The notes below the pieces were generated by a model that made no database searches, was not told the DNA's origin, and saw nothing but the letters and a program-made list of their open reading frames with translations. Both the position numbers and the translations under genes were made by a program. Positions 33,085 through 46,300 of a stretch of 64,000 nt of DNA are shown here, piece by piece. Numbering within the stretch: the stretch's first letter is position 1; every line of letters starts with the position of its first letter. Origin of the DNA: Camelus ferus. Lineage: Eukaryota. Where the stretch lies: positions 71,674,001 through 71,738,000 of the forward strand of contig NC_045696.1 of assembly GCF_009834535.1 (NCBI RefSeq), read 5' to 3'.

Positions 33085-35800
33085 TTAAATTGAGGTATAA
33101 CTGACACAGTATTTTGTAAGTTTAAGGTGTACAACGTGTTGCTTTGATACTTTTATATATTGCAGTATGATTACCACCATAGGGTTAGCTAACACCTCTT
33201 TCATTCCACATAATTATAATTAATTTTTTTGCAATGAGAACATTTAAGATCTAGTCTCTTAGCAACTTTAAAGTATATGATAAGTATTGTTGGCTGTAAT
33301 CACTGATGCAGTACATTAGATCTCCAGAACTTGTTAGTGTTCTAGTCACAAGTTTGTAGACTTTATTATTTTACAGCAGTTCGAGTTTCATAGCAATACT
33401 GAGCAGAAGACAGAGGTTTCCCATATACCCCCTGCCTCCTCCCACGTGCACCCCCCCATTATTAATATTCCCCCACCACAGTGGTACATTTGTTACAACT
33501 GATGAGCCTACATTAACCCATCATAGTCACTGAAAGTCCATAGTTTATATTAGCCTTTACTCTTTATGTTGTACTTTCATGGGTCTGGACAAATTTATAA
33601 TGACATGTGTCCACCATTATAATATCATAAAGAGTAATTTTCTGCCCTAAAAATTGGCTGTGCTTCACCTATTCATTCCTCCCTCCCCCAATAATCACTG
33701 GAAAACACTGATCTTTTTACTGCCTTCATAGTTTTGCTCTTTGCAGAATGTTGTATGGTTGGAATCACACAGTATGCAGCATTTTCAGATTGACTTCTTT
33801 CACTTAGTAATATGCATTTAAGTTTCCTCCATGTCTTTTCATGGCTTGATAGCTCATTTCTTTCTAGCACTGACTAACAGTCCATTGTTTGGATGTACCA
33901 CAGTTTATTTATCCATTCACCTACTGAAGGACATCTTGGTTTCTTCCACCTTTTGGCAATTATGATTAAAGCTACTATAAACATCATATACAGGTTTTTG
34001 TGTGGACATGGGTTTCTAACTCTTTAGGATAAACACCAACCAGCACAATTGCTGAGTTGTTTAGTTTTGTGAAAATCTGCCAAACTATCTTCTAAAGTGC
34101 AATTTTCCAAATTCGCAGTCTCACCAGCAATTAATGAGAGTCCCTGTTGCTCCACATTCTCACCAGCATTTGGTGGTGTCATTGTTTTGGATTTGGGCCA
34201 TTCTATTAGGTGTATAGTAGTGTGTCATTGTCATTTTAGTTTGTATTTCCCTGATGACATGATTTGGAGCATCTTTTCGTATGCTTATTGGCCATCTGTA
34301 TATCTTCTTTGGTGAAGTGTCTGTTAAGGTCTTTAGCCTAATTTTAAAATCAGGTTATTTTTACTATTGAGTTTTAAGAGTTTTTGTATATTTTAGATAA
34401 CAGTCCTTTTTTTTTAAATTCAGTTATAGTCATTTTACAATGTTTTATCAATTTCCAGTGTAGAGCACAATTTTTCAGTTATACATGAACATGCATATAT
34501 TCATTGTCACATTCTTTTTCGCTGTGAGCCACCACAAGATCTTATATATATTTCCCTGTGCTATACAGTATAATCTTGTTTATCTATTCTACATATGCTT
34601 GTCAGTATCTACAGATTTCAAACTCCCAGTCTGTCCCATCCCACCCCCGTCCCACATGGCAACCACAAGTTTGTATTCTATGTCTTTGAGTCTGTTTCTA
34701 ACAGTCCTTTTTTTTTTTAATCAGATGGACTTGTCTTTCATAAATATTTTCTATCATCCATAGCTTCTCTTTTTATTCTCTTGATAGTACATTTCATACA
34801 CTAGAAAATCTTAATTTTAATGAAGTCTGTTTTATCAATTCTTTCTTTTGTGAATCGTGCCTTAGGTGTTCACCAAAGCCTAGGTCATGTAGATTTCTCC
34901 TATCTTATCTTATAGGAATCTTATAGTTTTGTGTGTTTTATGTATAAGTCTGTGATCCATTTTGAGTTGATTTTTGTAAAGAGTGTGAGGTTTGTGTCTA
35001 GATTAATTTTTTTTTTGCAAGTAGATGTCCAGTTGTTCTAGCACCATTTATTGAAGACTATCTTTGTTCCATTGTATTGCCTTTGCTCCTTTGTCAAAGA
35101 TCAATTGACTATATTTATGTGGGTCTATTTATGGGTTCTCTTTTCTCTTCAGTTGATCTATTTGTTTATTCAGTTGCCAGTACCACACTGTCTTGATTAT
35201 TATAGCTTTATAATAAGTCTTAATGTCAGGTAGTGTCAGTCCACCAACTTTGTTCTTCTTCAATTTTTTGTGTGTTGGTTATTTTGGGTCTTTTGTCTTT
35301 CCACATAAATTTCAGAATCAGTTTTTCAATATCCACAAAATAACTTGCTTGGATTTTGATTGAGATTGCATTTAATCTATAGATCAAGTCTAGAAGAACT
35401 GATAGTCATTGTAAGGAACTGTTAAAGCTCCTGGAGGTAAAATTCACAAATGTGTCCCCCCTTTCCAACCATGCCTGTGTACCCCTGGAGTTTTTACTCC
35501 TCAAATTTTTCCACACTGAGCCTCTAGCAATCCATCAATTACAGTTCAGGGTTCCCTACTCCAGCACTGGTTCCTGCAGAAGTTGCTGTTTGTGGGTTTC
35601 TGTGAGTAAATTGAGATTCTTTGTATTTGTCTGCCAGTCTCTCCAATTTGGGGGCAATGGTTTGCCCTGTGACCTCATGTCTCTTACGGGTCTAAGAAGA
35701 GTTACTGATTTTTCTGTTTGTTCAGCTTTTTGCTTATTGTTAGGATGAGGTGGCAACTTCTAAGTTTTTTTCATGCTGAACTGAAAACTGGAAGTCCCAG
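33085..35800 (-). mobile_element. Cluster of old L1M fragments (minus strand) with a nested younger L1 3' end
   Basis: Typical antisense L1 3' UTR and ORF2 sequence. Nested insert at about 34411-34698 flanked by TSD TAACAGTCCTTTT (34398 and 34699). Confidence 0.85.
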
Positions 35801-35849
35801 AACATCTTAAAAATAAAAATAGGTAAAGCCCTGCTTATTAGTGCCTGTG

Positions 35850-38055
35850 AGATATTCAAAATCAGTGCTCAAAAGAAAATACAAACTAAAAGTAAATTGA
35901 AAGCCCAATTAGAAATTTCTAACTTTTAAATTAGAAAAAAATTAACAAAGCCATCCTAAGGAAAACAAAAGGAAGGAATTAGGATAAAAGAAGAAATTAA
36001 TTCATTAGAAAATAAAAATGGGAATACTAATCAATATAAGATTTGAAAAAAGCAATACTAGAATAGACAGTTGGCTAGCCTATTTAAGAAACAGAGAGGA
36101 AACACAATCAAAATACAAAAAAGGGGAAATAGCTACAGATACAGAAAGAAATTAGTAGACTTGCATGAAATTACTTTACTCAACTCTATGCAACAAATTT
36201 GAAAATGTGGATGAAATTACAAGAAAATTATCAAAACATCCCAGAAAAGGTAGAAATTTTAAGTAGACCAATTATCATAGGAGAAATAGATATTGTCAGA
36301 GAACTGCATTTTCCCACACCTCAATGCACCAACGCACCAGGCCTATGTTATTTTACAGAATTCTACTGCGAAATTTTGAGGAGCAGTTGAGTCCATTGCT
36401 GTTCTGTCCTCAGGACAGAAAAAAGGACATCTTCCAAAGTCTATTTATGAAGTGAGTATAACACTGATAACAAAATCTAATAAAACATACACATATCATA
36501 CACATTCGGATACACCCTGACCGTGGAAACATATCAAGTGATCAAGACAACATAGTATTGGTGAAAGAACAGACAGCAGATCAACTGAACAGAATAAAGT
36601 GCCCAGATACAGACCTACACAAATACAGTCAGCTGATCATTGACAAAGGAGCAAAAGCAATTAAATGGAAAAAAGATAGTCTTTTCAACATGTGGTGCTG
36701 GAAAAACTAGACATCCACATGCAAAATAATGAATCTAGGCACAAACCTTACAACTTTCATAAAAATTGTCTCAAAATTGATCATAGACCTAAATGTAAAA
36801 TATTAAACTGTACAAGTTCTAGAAGAAAACATAGGAGAAAATCTAGGAGACCTTGGGTTTGGCAATGACTTTCAGCTACAACACCAAAAGCATGACCCAA
36901 GGAAGAAAAAACTGATAAATTTTCCTCATTAAAATTAAAAACTTGTGCTCCACTAAACACTTTTAGGACAATGAAAAGACAAGCCACAGTCTGGGAGAAG
37001 ATACCTTCTAAACACATATCTGATAAAGGACTTATGTCCAAAATATACAAAGAACTCTTAAAACTCAGTAATAAGAAAAAAACAACCTAATTAAAAAGTG
37101 GGCAGACACCTCACCAAAGAATATAAGCATGCAAGTTGCTCACTATCATATGCCATTGGGTAATTGCAAATTTAAGCTACTGTGAAGTATTACTACATAC
37201 CTATTAGGATGGCCAGAATCCAAAACACTGACAACACCAAATGCTGGTTACCATGTGGAGCAACAAGAACTCTCATTCATTGCTGGTAGGAATGTAAAAT
37301 GATTTTGCAAGGTGTTTTGTAGTTTCTTACAAAGGTAAACATAGTTTTAGCATAAAATCCAGAAATTGCATTCATAGTTATGTGACCAAATGAGTTGAAA
37401 ATTTAAGCCCACATAAGAATCTGTGCATGAATGTTTATAACAGCTTTATTCATAATTGCTCCCAACTGAAAACAACCAAGATGTCTGTCACTGGGTGAAT
37501 GGATAAACAAAACTGTGGTACATCCATGGTGGAATATAAGAAATAGTACTCAGTGATAAAAAGAAATGATCTATCAAGTCATAACAAGACATAGAGGAAA
37601 CTTAACTGTATATTCCTAAGTGAAGGCAGCCAGTCTGAAAATGCTTCATACTGTATGATTCTAATTGTATGACATTCTGGAAGAGGCAAAACTATAGAGA
37701 CAATAAAAAGATTAGTGGTTGTTCTAAGTTTAAGGGGAGGGGATAATGAATATTTAAGGTGAAGCATAGAGGATTTTTAAGGCAGTGAAACTATTCTGTG
37801 TGCTACTATTAACAGTGGATACACACATGCATTAGTCAAAACCCATAGAACTGTACAATGCAAAGAGTGAAACTTAGTGTAAAATATAGGCTTTAGTGAA
37901 CAATAATCCATATTGGTTCATCAATTATAATACATGTACCATACATATAATGCAAGATGTTAATAAAAGAAACTGTTTTGGGGGGTGAGTGGGAACTCTG
38001 TACATTCTGCTCATTTTTTTCTGCAAGTCTAAAGCTGCTCTTAAAAAGTCTATTA
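35850..38055 (+). mobile_element. Old L1M (L1MC/L1MB-like) ORF2 remnant and 3' end
   Basis: A-rich sense L1 ORF2 motifs (gacaaaggagcaaaagcaatt, aaaacataggagaaaatct) and 3' UTR. Confidence 0.85.
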
Positions 38056-39457
38056 GTGAAAATAATACATCAAATAAAAATATTAAATCTCAAATGGTTT
38101 TGCCTGCAGATGGCAGAATTCTGATCAATTCTCCATCCCTTTCTCCTACCTTGTCTTTAGTTTTCTGTATTTTGCTAATATGTTCTACAAAGGAAATGCA
38201 TTATTTTGAAAATAAGATTAAAATTGAGAAAGGACATATATGGGAGAGGAGAGTAGAAGTACAGAGGTAGAGGCAGGTGCTACCCCTCCCTGACATTTTT
38301 GTACTTGCATTTTCACAGGCACCCCTGTGGCAGGGGAGGAGGATGGGGGGTGGGGCAGACTAGGATCAGGAAACAGAAGATGACAGCGGAACAACTGTTG
38401 AGATGGTGTGAGCTCAGGTGACTTTTTCACTTCTTAGGTTCACCTATTTGGTCATTTGTACAGTAGGTGACACCCCTCCTCACACCTTAGACAAGGATCC
38501 CAGTCTGGTTTTGCATTTTAGAACACAGGCTAGGCTCCCAACTTACAGAGCGTTATCCTATAGGCAGCACTGGGGGAAAGGGGCATCATCACAGGGTGGA
38601 GGAATGTCCAAGACCTTTGTGAAAGGAGAGGCTTTGACTAAAGGATGTTCTCTTATTCTGGGCTTTGTCGGGGAGCTGTACAGTTTACAGAGGTGTGTAA
38701 GGTATTTCTCCTGCCAGGGAATCCAAGTCTGGTGGGGAAGATACAGTGAAGGCAGAGTGGGGCAGGTAGGAGGAGGCCCTGTGGAGGGGCTTTATCTTGA
38801 GGCATTTGTGGTGACCCCTGCCACCTCCCACTGAGCACCTCTACCTACTTTATCCTCTATCTCCTGTCACCTTCTCTGCACTGCCCCTCCTTTTCCCCAC
38901 TCTCTTCCTCTTCTCTTTCTCTTTTCCTCTGTTCTGCTTTAGTAGTGTTTTTCAGACTGCTGGCAGCAACCACGTATTGGGTCATAAAATCTATTCAGTG
39001 GGTCCAATCATTCCAAAGCACTTTTTATTATGAAAAAAAATTAAACATGTACAAAAGTAGATGATATTGTAAAATAACCCATATAACACCTCAACACAAC
39101 AATTATTAATATTTCTCAGGATTGATTACATTTATTCTCTTTGCTAAGGTAGCTTAAATTACAGACATTGATGTTTCATCCCTAAAAACTTCCACACACA
39201 TGTCTAAGAAAATAAGGACATTTTCTTACATAACTACAATACCATACTTTCCAAATGCCATTTTCCCCAATTTGGACTATTAAAAAAAATGAAATGGAAT
39301 AGAAAGTATTTCAGGGCTTCATATGTAGTAAAGGAAAAAACTGTTCCGTACAACTTTTGTTTCAATTATGTTTATGCATGTTTACTGCATCCTGATGTAA
39401 AATGTATATCATCTTCTGGTTTGTAGTCTAAGAAGTTTGAAGAGCCTTGCTCTAGGC

Positions 39458-39645
39458 CAGTGGTGCTCACAGTGTGATCCCAGGACCTGCAGCATCAGTA
39501 ATCCTGGGGATTTGTTAGAAATGTAAGTTCTCAGGTCTCATTCCACACTGCTGAATCAGAATCTCTGGAGGTGGGCAACAGGAATTTGTACTAAAAGAAA
39601 ATCACCTATATTTCCAGATGATAATGCTAGTTTGAGAACCACTGA
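39458..39645 (+). mobile_element. MER5A-like hAT MITE
   Basis: cagtggtgctcacagtgtg...agcatcag...tgttagaaatg...ctgaatcagaatctctgg...tttgagaaccactg (inverted termini). Confidence 0.75.
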
Positions 39646-41299
39646 TCTAGACTAAACTGGGTGGTGCTAGTGGTGCCTCACACTCACCTGTGGCACCCAA
39701 TGTGGGTTCTTTGTCTTTCTCTTCACTGTCAGAGGCATTGCTGATAGTTCACCAACAGGGAGGTGAAATCAACCTTCGTGGTGCTTGGAGGATGGTTTCT
39801 CTTTCCAGGCTCAGGCAGATTCTTACCTGAAGGCAGAGGATGGTCTAGATTCATAAGATAAGTAAAACACAGTTTGGGTCTTATACCAGCAGCTTCTGTA
39901 AAATGAGACTAAAGCCCTTAAAGGGTTATTGTGGGACTTAAATGAAGTTTGTGAAATGCCTACCATCATCCCAGATGGCATAGGGCAGTCGCTTATTATA
40001 TGATGGTGGTAGCTGCTGTATTTGACACTGCCTATCACCACCCTGGGCATATAATTGATGTTCAATGAATGATTATTCATTCATTAGAGAGGAAGGCAGG
40101 CTATTCTGGTTTGTTCCTTAATTTTGCCATACATTAGAGCAATGTGCTTTGTCAGAGACAGGAAATAAATCATAATTAGGAAGGATAAAAGGAGGCACTT
40201 CGAAGGGAGGAGGGCAGAGAAGGAGAGAAGACAGGAAGCATGTCCATATTTATAAGAGCAATGGAAGCAATAACTGTTTTCTTGGAGGAACAAGGAGATA
40301 TGGGCTATTGAAAACTATGCTCATTTCTTTTTAGTTACAGGATTTTAGAGCAGGAAAATGGAACATGGCCCAGGTAAAGCAGTTGAGGCCCCAGGAGAGC
40401 ATGTGTTAGAGATGGGGGTACTGAATTGGTTTCTGAGGATAGGCACTGCCTGCTACATCTTGCCATAAAGTCAGCCAATTCATCTCCATGGAAACCGCTG
40501 AAGATTGTGAAAGGTACAGATGTGGGAAAGGAAAGCAGCACTCTGAGTGTGATTTGTTTGCTTTCTATTTCTTTTCTCTCTCATTCCTATTCATAAGCTT
40601 CTCCTACCTCTCCTTCCTCTCCCTATCTCCCTCCTTTCCACCCATGATTCTCACCCATAAGGACCTGGCCTAATCCAAGAAGCTGAGGTCACTGCAAAGT
40701 CCAGAACGTCTTACATTATCAGTTTTCTTAGCAATATGCTGGTTTCTAGTGACCAATTCACAATTGGCTCTGACTGGGCACCAGGGTACTGACTACTACC
40801 AATAGAAAATACCTCCTTTGGTTCCTCAAAAATACTTGTGACCCTTGAATAGCCAGAAGCTGCCATGGAAACACAACCCAAAGTTGTCTTATTCTTCTGG
40901 GTCTTTCCCCCTTTTTGAATTTCCTGCAAGAGGTTGCAATGAAAACAGCTGTTCTGCTTGTGCAGGCAGAGTGCAAAGGGCCCGAACATCACAGGAAGGA
41001 GGAACCACTGTACAAATCTCACACCGCAGGTGGGTAAACACCATCTCTTAACCAGAGCCCACAATTGTTAACAGAAAGCATTTAAAAACATTGCCAACCC
41101 CCTGGGATGAGCGGCTATTACTAGAAATTGAATCCAGGGTGTTTGGGGTTTGGCTTTTTACATGCCAAAGAGGAAAGCTGAGCTTCCTTGAATTGGCTCA
41201 GAACATGTGGTTGGTCATGGCACTCTCACGACTGGATTCCCCGTTGTAGACTGGGTTGAGGAACAACCTGACCAGATTCGCGTTTGTTCAGGCTTTTCC

Positions 41300-43350
41300 C
41301 GTGGAGCTGTGCTGATGCGGTTAGCCTGCCTGTCCTGTAGTATCTGGAGGCACCCGAAGAAGCCGCGGGACAGCGTCTACTGCCAGACAGATGCTCCTGG
41401 GGCTGATGGGGAAGAGGGCCGGCAAAGGTGCTGTGCCTGGGCTTTTCCAGGAGGGAGCACTGGCGTGCCTGACAGTTGGCCGACGGAGCGGTGGCGCAAG
41501 AGAGGAGCTGAACAAAAGCAAAGGCCCACACGGTGGAGGCACACGTACGCAGTTGCGTCCCCAGCCGGGCCCGTGCACAGCCGGCGCTCCAGGCTTCAAG
41601 TGCGAGTATGTTCAGTAGACGCTGATAACTGCGTGAGATAACCCGTAACAAGGGGAAACAACGCCGCCGCTCTCACTCCTCCACAAAAGCCCCCCAGCCC
41701 AGAGTCAGGAGATAGCAGGCCTCAGCCAGCCCTCATTCCCGAGCCCCGGCGGACCGCCGCTGCACTCCCTGCCAGCCCTCGTCTCGCCTCGGCTTCTCCG
41801 CAGATACCGAGGGAAGAAGGAGGGGCGAGCCAGGAAGGCGAGCGTCTGGAGTTCAGAATCCCGGTGCTAGCCGGAGCGCCGAAGTCGCTGTGTCCTCCCA
41901 CATAGTTGGACGGCAGATCTTGAATCGCCCCCACTTCTCGGGGCTGAGCGTAGGCTTCACCACCCGAAAACTGGCGGCGCTCGCGCGCATGCGCGCCTCT
42001 TCTGGAGCCTCGGGCACCGCCCTCGGGCGAGGAAAGGTGAGCGTCTGGGCGGGAAGCGTGGGGCGCGCCGCGGGGAGGCGGTGGGCGGCGCAGAGCGCCG
42101 CCAGCCACCTGCAGGCTCGGTCCTCAGCACCCGCAGGTTCCGTGCGCCCCCTGCGCGCTGACCGAGCATCCTTCACCCCGACCCTCCAGGGAGTCGGCGC
42201 CGGAGACCTGACCAGAAATCCAGAAACCCTTCCCTGGCCGGGAAGCCAGATGTGCAGCTTTGACGAGATTGGGACGACTTGCTCTTCTCACCTCCAGAAC
42301 CGCCACTTCCCTCTCAGCGCCAGACGTTACGTTGAGAAAGCTGCTGGACTTAATCTTTACAAGAATCCCCTGCGGGGCGTGGCTGGCGTCCTCTAGCCGC
42401 GCGGCCCTGGAGAGCTTGACTTGGCTGGGAGTGACTCTCGTTCTGAGCCTGAGGAGACAGAGAGAGCGAGAGAGCGAGGAAGAGTGTGAGGGCCGAGCAT
42501 CCTCGGGAGGAGATGCCTTTAAAAAATCATTCACAGCAGCAGAAGAAACAGCTCTGTGTTGCTATGTTTTGCTTATATTGAGTGGTTTTTCGGTGAAATG
42601 CTATTTTGATTAAAAGAAGAAATGGCCCCTCAGGAGTTCACCCGGCGCCTGGCCACAGTGATCACTTATGTCGGTAAATGAAGCTTTTCCTTTCAAAATT
42701 CTTAAAATTATTTTTTAATTTGTTTTAAATCCTGCGTTTTATTAATGGAGGGTGGAGGCGTAGTCTCCCCCCAGTCCGCGTCACCCCTCAGAGCCCTGGA
42801 AAGGCAGTGGGGCGCCTTCCCAGCGTCTCGGTCTCGCTGCCTCAGGTGCTGCTTGGGGCGGTCGGTAACCCCCGTCCCTGGGGCGCCGGGCTCGTGGCCC
42901 TGGGGTCCCCCATGGGGCTGGTGCCTTCACCAGGCAATTGCCACGTCCGTTGAGTCCTAAACCGAGGGCTTTGGGGGCTGTTAGGATCTGTTACCCTTGC
43001 TCACTGAGGGCGGGGGTGGGGGGTTGTGTCGTGGGTGACGCGAAGATGAGAAAGGAGAGGGAACAGGAGGAACGAATGCGGGGACTTTCCAGCAGAAACT
43101 GCCGCCGAGCGACCCCAGGCTCGTTCACGAGGTAGCATGCTGAAGTGCAGGTCACGTTGGAGAACCGCTGCGCAGTCCGGCTCCCTCGCCTGTGGTGTAG
43201 AAGTATATGGCCTGGGGGTGTCGCCACACCCCTGGTGAACCGCAATGAGAAACCTCTGCAAGCCCCAGGAGACTGAACAATTTTAGTTCTTTTACAATAA
43301 TTTAAAAAGGGGAGCAAAACATGCATGCCTTGCTCCTGAAATAAGGGTCG
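41300..43350. promoter_or_regulatory. MCF2L2 CpG island / promoter
   Basis: About 2 kb of high GC and CpG density around the first exon, with a perfect NRF1 palindrome GCGCATGCGC at 41985-41994. Confidence 0.85.
42598..42673 (+). CDS. MCF2L2: MCF2L2 (Dbl-family RhoGEF) first coding exon; in-frame TGA at codon 4, second in-frame ATG at 42622
   Basis: Translates MLF*LKEEMAPQEFTRRLATVITYV(D), versus recalled human MLSCLKEEMPPQELTRRLATVITHVD. 76-nt coding part ending at phase-1 donor G|gtaaat, inside a CpG island. Confidence 0.9.
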
Positions 43351-46300
43351 TCGTGGTGGACAGACCCTATATAGTAAAGGACTTTGAGACAGTGACAAGG
43401 TAATTCTTTAATATTTGCTTCTCCAAGCCTTTCCCTAGAACTGCCCCCCGCCCCCCAAACAAAAACAAAAACAAAAACACATTTCAGGTTCAGATCCTTT
43501 GGAGGTAGATGACTAGAATTATCTGGATAATTTTCTCTGTTGCCCGCTGCAGTTTGAGACCCTTCTGTGAATGCGAATTGGTTTTCATCGATAAAGTCAG
43601 AAAGTTTTTATCTGTGTTCCACTCGTTTGTTAAAACTGCCTTCTTGGTATTTATACCTTAAATATTGCTTCAGTTAGTGAGCCATTATTGCTTTTTGAGT
43701 ACCCTGGTTCAGTGTGTTTAGTGCAATAATGATATACATCTCGACTGATACACGTGTGGGGATATACTTTGTGATAATTTATATGGAGAGTCTCAGTTTT
43801 GATGATTTAGTTTTAAAACATGTTTCTGGTACCAAATGTGGCCACTGAACTGGTTTTTCTTAAAGACAAAAGGTCAGTAGAATCCTACCAGGGAAGGCTG
43901 AATGTGAAATACCAGGCAGGATAAAATAAAACAGAATTGAAGTTTGAAATATATTGAATGCTAAGATGATTGTGCTAAATACCAGCATGTGCATGAAATT
44001 GTAGTACAGGGAAAGAGCAGTAGACTGGGGCATGTGACTGTCTAGATTTGATTCTGCCCTGGGCAAGTCATTCAACCTCAGGCTGAAAAATGGGGATTTT
44101 CTCTTTAAATTGAAGTACAGTCAATTACAATGTAAAATGGGAATTTTAATAATCCTCCCCCACCCAGCTCAAATGCTGCTTGTAAGATTATGTGGATAAA
44201 AATACCATCTAACCTGTGAGTGTGTTATTAGTCTTACCCTTGGGCCCTCTGCCACTAAGGATCTTGGGCAGATCACTGGTCCTCTCTTAGGGCGATGCTT
44301 CCCATCTGTAAAACGAAGAAGGGTATCTGGATGATTATTAAGTTCTCTCCTATCTTCTGGATGTAGGACCTTCTCGAAGATCTGGTATGCAATATTTCTT
44401 GGCTGACACCAGGCTGCCCATGGGGCCCAGGCTATGGTGTTTTCTTGTCTACCTTGTTCCCTCCTTCGTTCCATAATCAGCTCCATGCAGGATACAAAAA
44501 TGAATTTGCTGTAGTTTCTGCTGTCAAAGAACTTCTAATGAACCCTGGCATTGGTGTGCTTTGCAGCAATCTGTCTCCTCCTGTGTAATCTCACAAACCT
44601 GCGACATAGGTGGGGTAAACATTATCACCCCCATCTTACAATGAAGGAGCTGAGACTTAGCAGTTTGATCTCTTAAGCTTTCAAGAAGTAGTGAGAGGCA
44701 GGCTCAGGACTGGCAGGCAGCCCTTCAGATGCTCCGTTTGGGGATGTCATTGAAGGGGGTTCTAACCCTGCAGCAGCCCCTGCCTTCCTGAAGAGTTGCA
44801 CTGAGTAGCTAATGGAGCTTCTGCTAGAGTGGATTGGCTTTGCGTTTTTTTCTTTTTCTTGAGTTTTAATGAGATGTAATTGATGTACATCAACTACTGT
44901 GTAAGTTTAGGTGTACAGCATAATGATTTGACTTACATACATCATGAAATGATTACCACAATAAGTGTAGTGAACACCCATCATCTCATATAGATACATT
45001 GAAGAAAGAAAAAAAATTTTTTACTTGTGATGAGAACTCTTAGAATTTACTCTCAACAGCTCTCATATATAAGGTACAGCAGTATTGATTATATTTATCA
45101 TGTTGTACATTATATCCCTAGTACTTATTTACCTTATAACTGGAAGTTTCTACCTTTTGACTGCCTTCATTCAGCTCCCCATTTCCCCAAGCCTCTTTCT
45201 CTGGTAACCACAAATCTGATCTCCTTTTCTACGAGTTTGTTTGTTTTTTGACGTACAGGATTGATTCTGCATTTGACTGTTCTTTTCAGGCATTTCCTTG
45301 GTGAACAGCCTCTGAGAAGTGTGATCATGTGTTGGGGAAGGGTTGAGAAGTGCTTAGAGCAAGATGTGGGTTAGAACATCCTCCTGGTCCTGTCCTAGCC
45401 ACTCATCTGGGCAACAACACCATGCTTCCATATTCACTGTGCTACCTGTGTCTCTCAGCTGGTTCCTCCTCCAGCCAGGGTTTCTGCTCTTTCCACAGTC
45501 CCTTAGATTTGACAATTGAGGTCTGGAGCCTGGTGGTTCAGTTTCTAAAATATCTCATGGGTCTCTCTTCTCTGCTACCTCTCCTCTTTCCCATTGCTTC
45601 CTGCCTGTGACCTGCTTCAGAATGTCATTTTTTCCTGACTAACCATTGTGCAAGCCTACTGTCTCTCCTGTGTCAGCCTCTAACCTATACCATGAATTAA
45701 AAAAACAAAGCCACTCACACAGCACTTGTGTGTTTCAGAACTTTTGATGATATCCTTACACAGTCATTGTCTGTAGCCTGGAGTATGAACTCTTTACTGT
45801 TTGGCACCCTTCCACTCTCATCCCCCAGTACTTGATATTTCTACACCTACGGTTGGTCAGCTTGGGCTATTCAGTTCTTCAGCTTTGTTCCACTATATTT
45901 TCCTACTCTGTTCTCACTTCTAAACTTTGCTTCTGCTTTCCCTCCACCTGGAATGACCCCTTAATGTATTTCTCCTCACAAAAATAGTACACACCTTTCA
46001 AGCCCAATTCAGTGCCTCCTTCTCTAGGTATCTTCTCTGATCCTGCCAGTGGGACATAAAGACTCCTGCTTCTGAATTCCAAAGTAGGTTTTGTTCTATT
46101 CACATGATGCCTCTCTTATTCCCCCTTGTATTATGGTTAGTTGGTTATTCATGTGCTTGTCTTGTCTCTGCTCCTGGACTTTTCATATTAGCCATGTGGC
46201 CTAGACAGTTATGTAACACAGGGCCTCCCTCTAAAGAGGTGAGGAATAAATGTTTGCTGAATAGGTGAGTGATTTCTTGTGCCTTGGGCTGGACCTTGAG

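Noticed and set aside
39828..39895. Minus-strand MIR-derived exon (ttttacag acceptor, CAG|GTAAGA donor)
   Set aside because: Splice-like motifs alone are common in MIRs, and there is no supporting transcript context visible in the sequence.
42579..42593. TGAGTGGTTTTTCGG just 5' of the MCF2L2 ATG resembles the recalled EIF4A2 5' UTR
   Set aside because: Short match on the opposite strand to the duplicate with no flanking homology. The MCF2L2 first exon resembles the MCF2L N-terminus and so is probably older; likely coincidence.
41207..43398. Many overlapping 100-170 aa ORFs on both strands
   Set aside because: Expected by-product of stop-poor GC-rich CpG-island sequence; no recognisable protein motifs.
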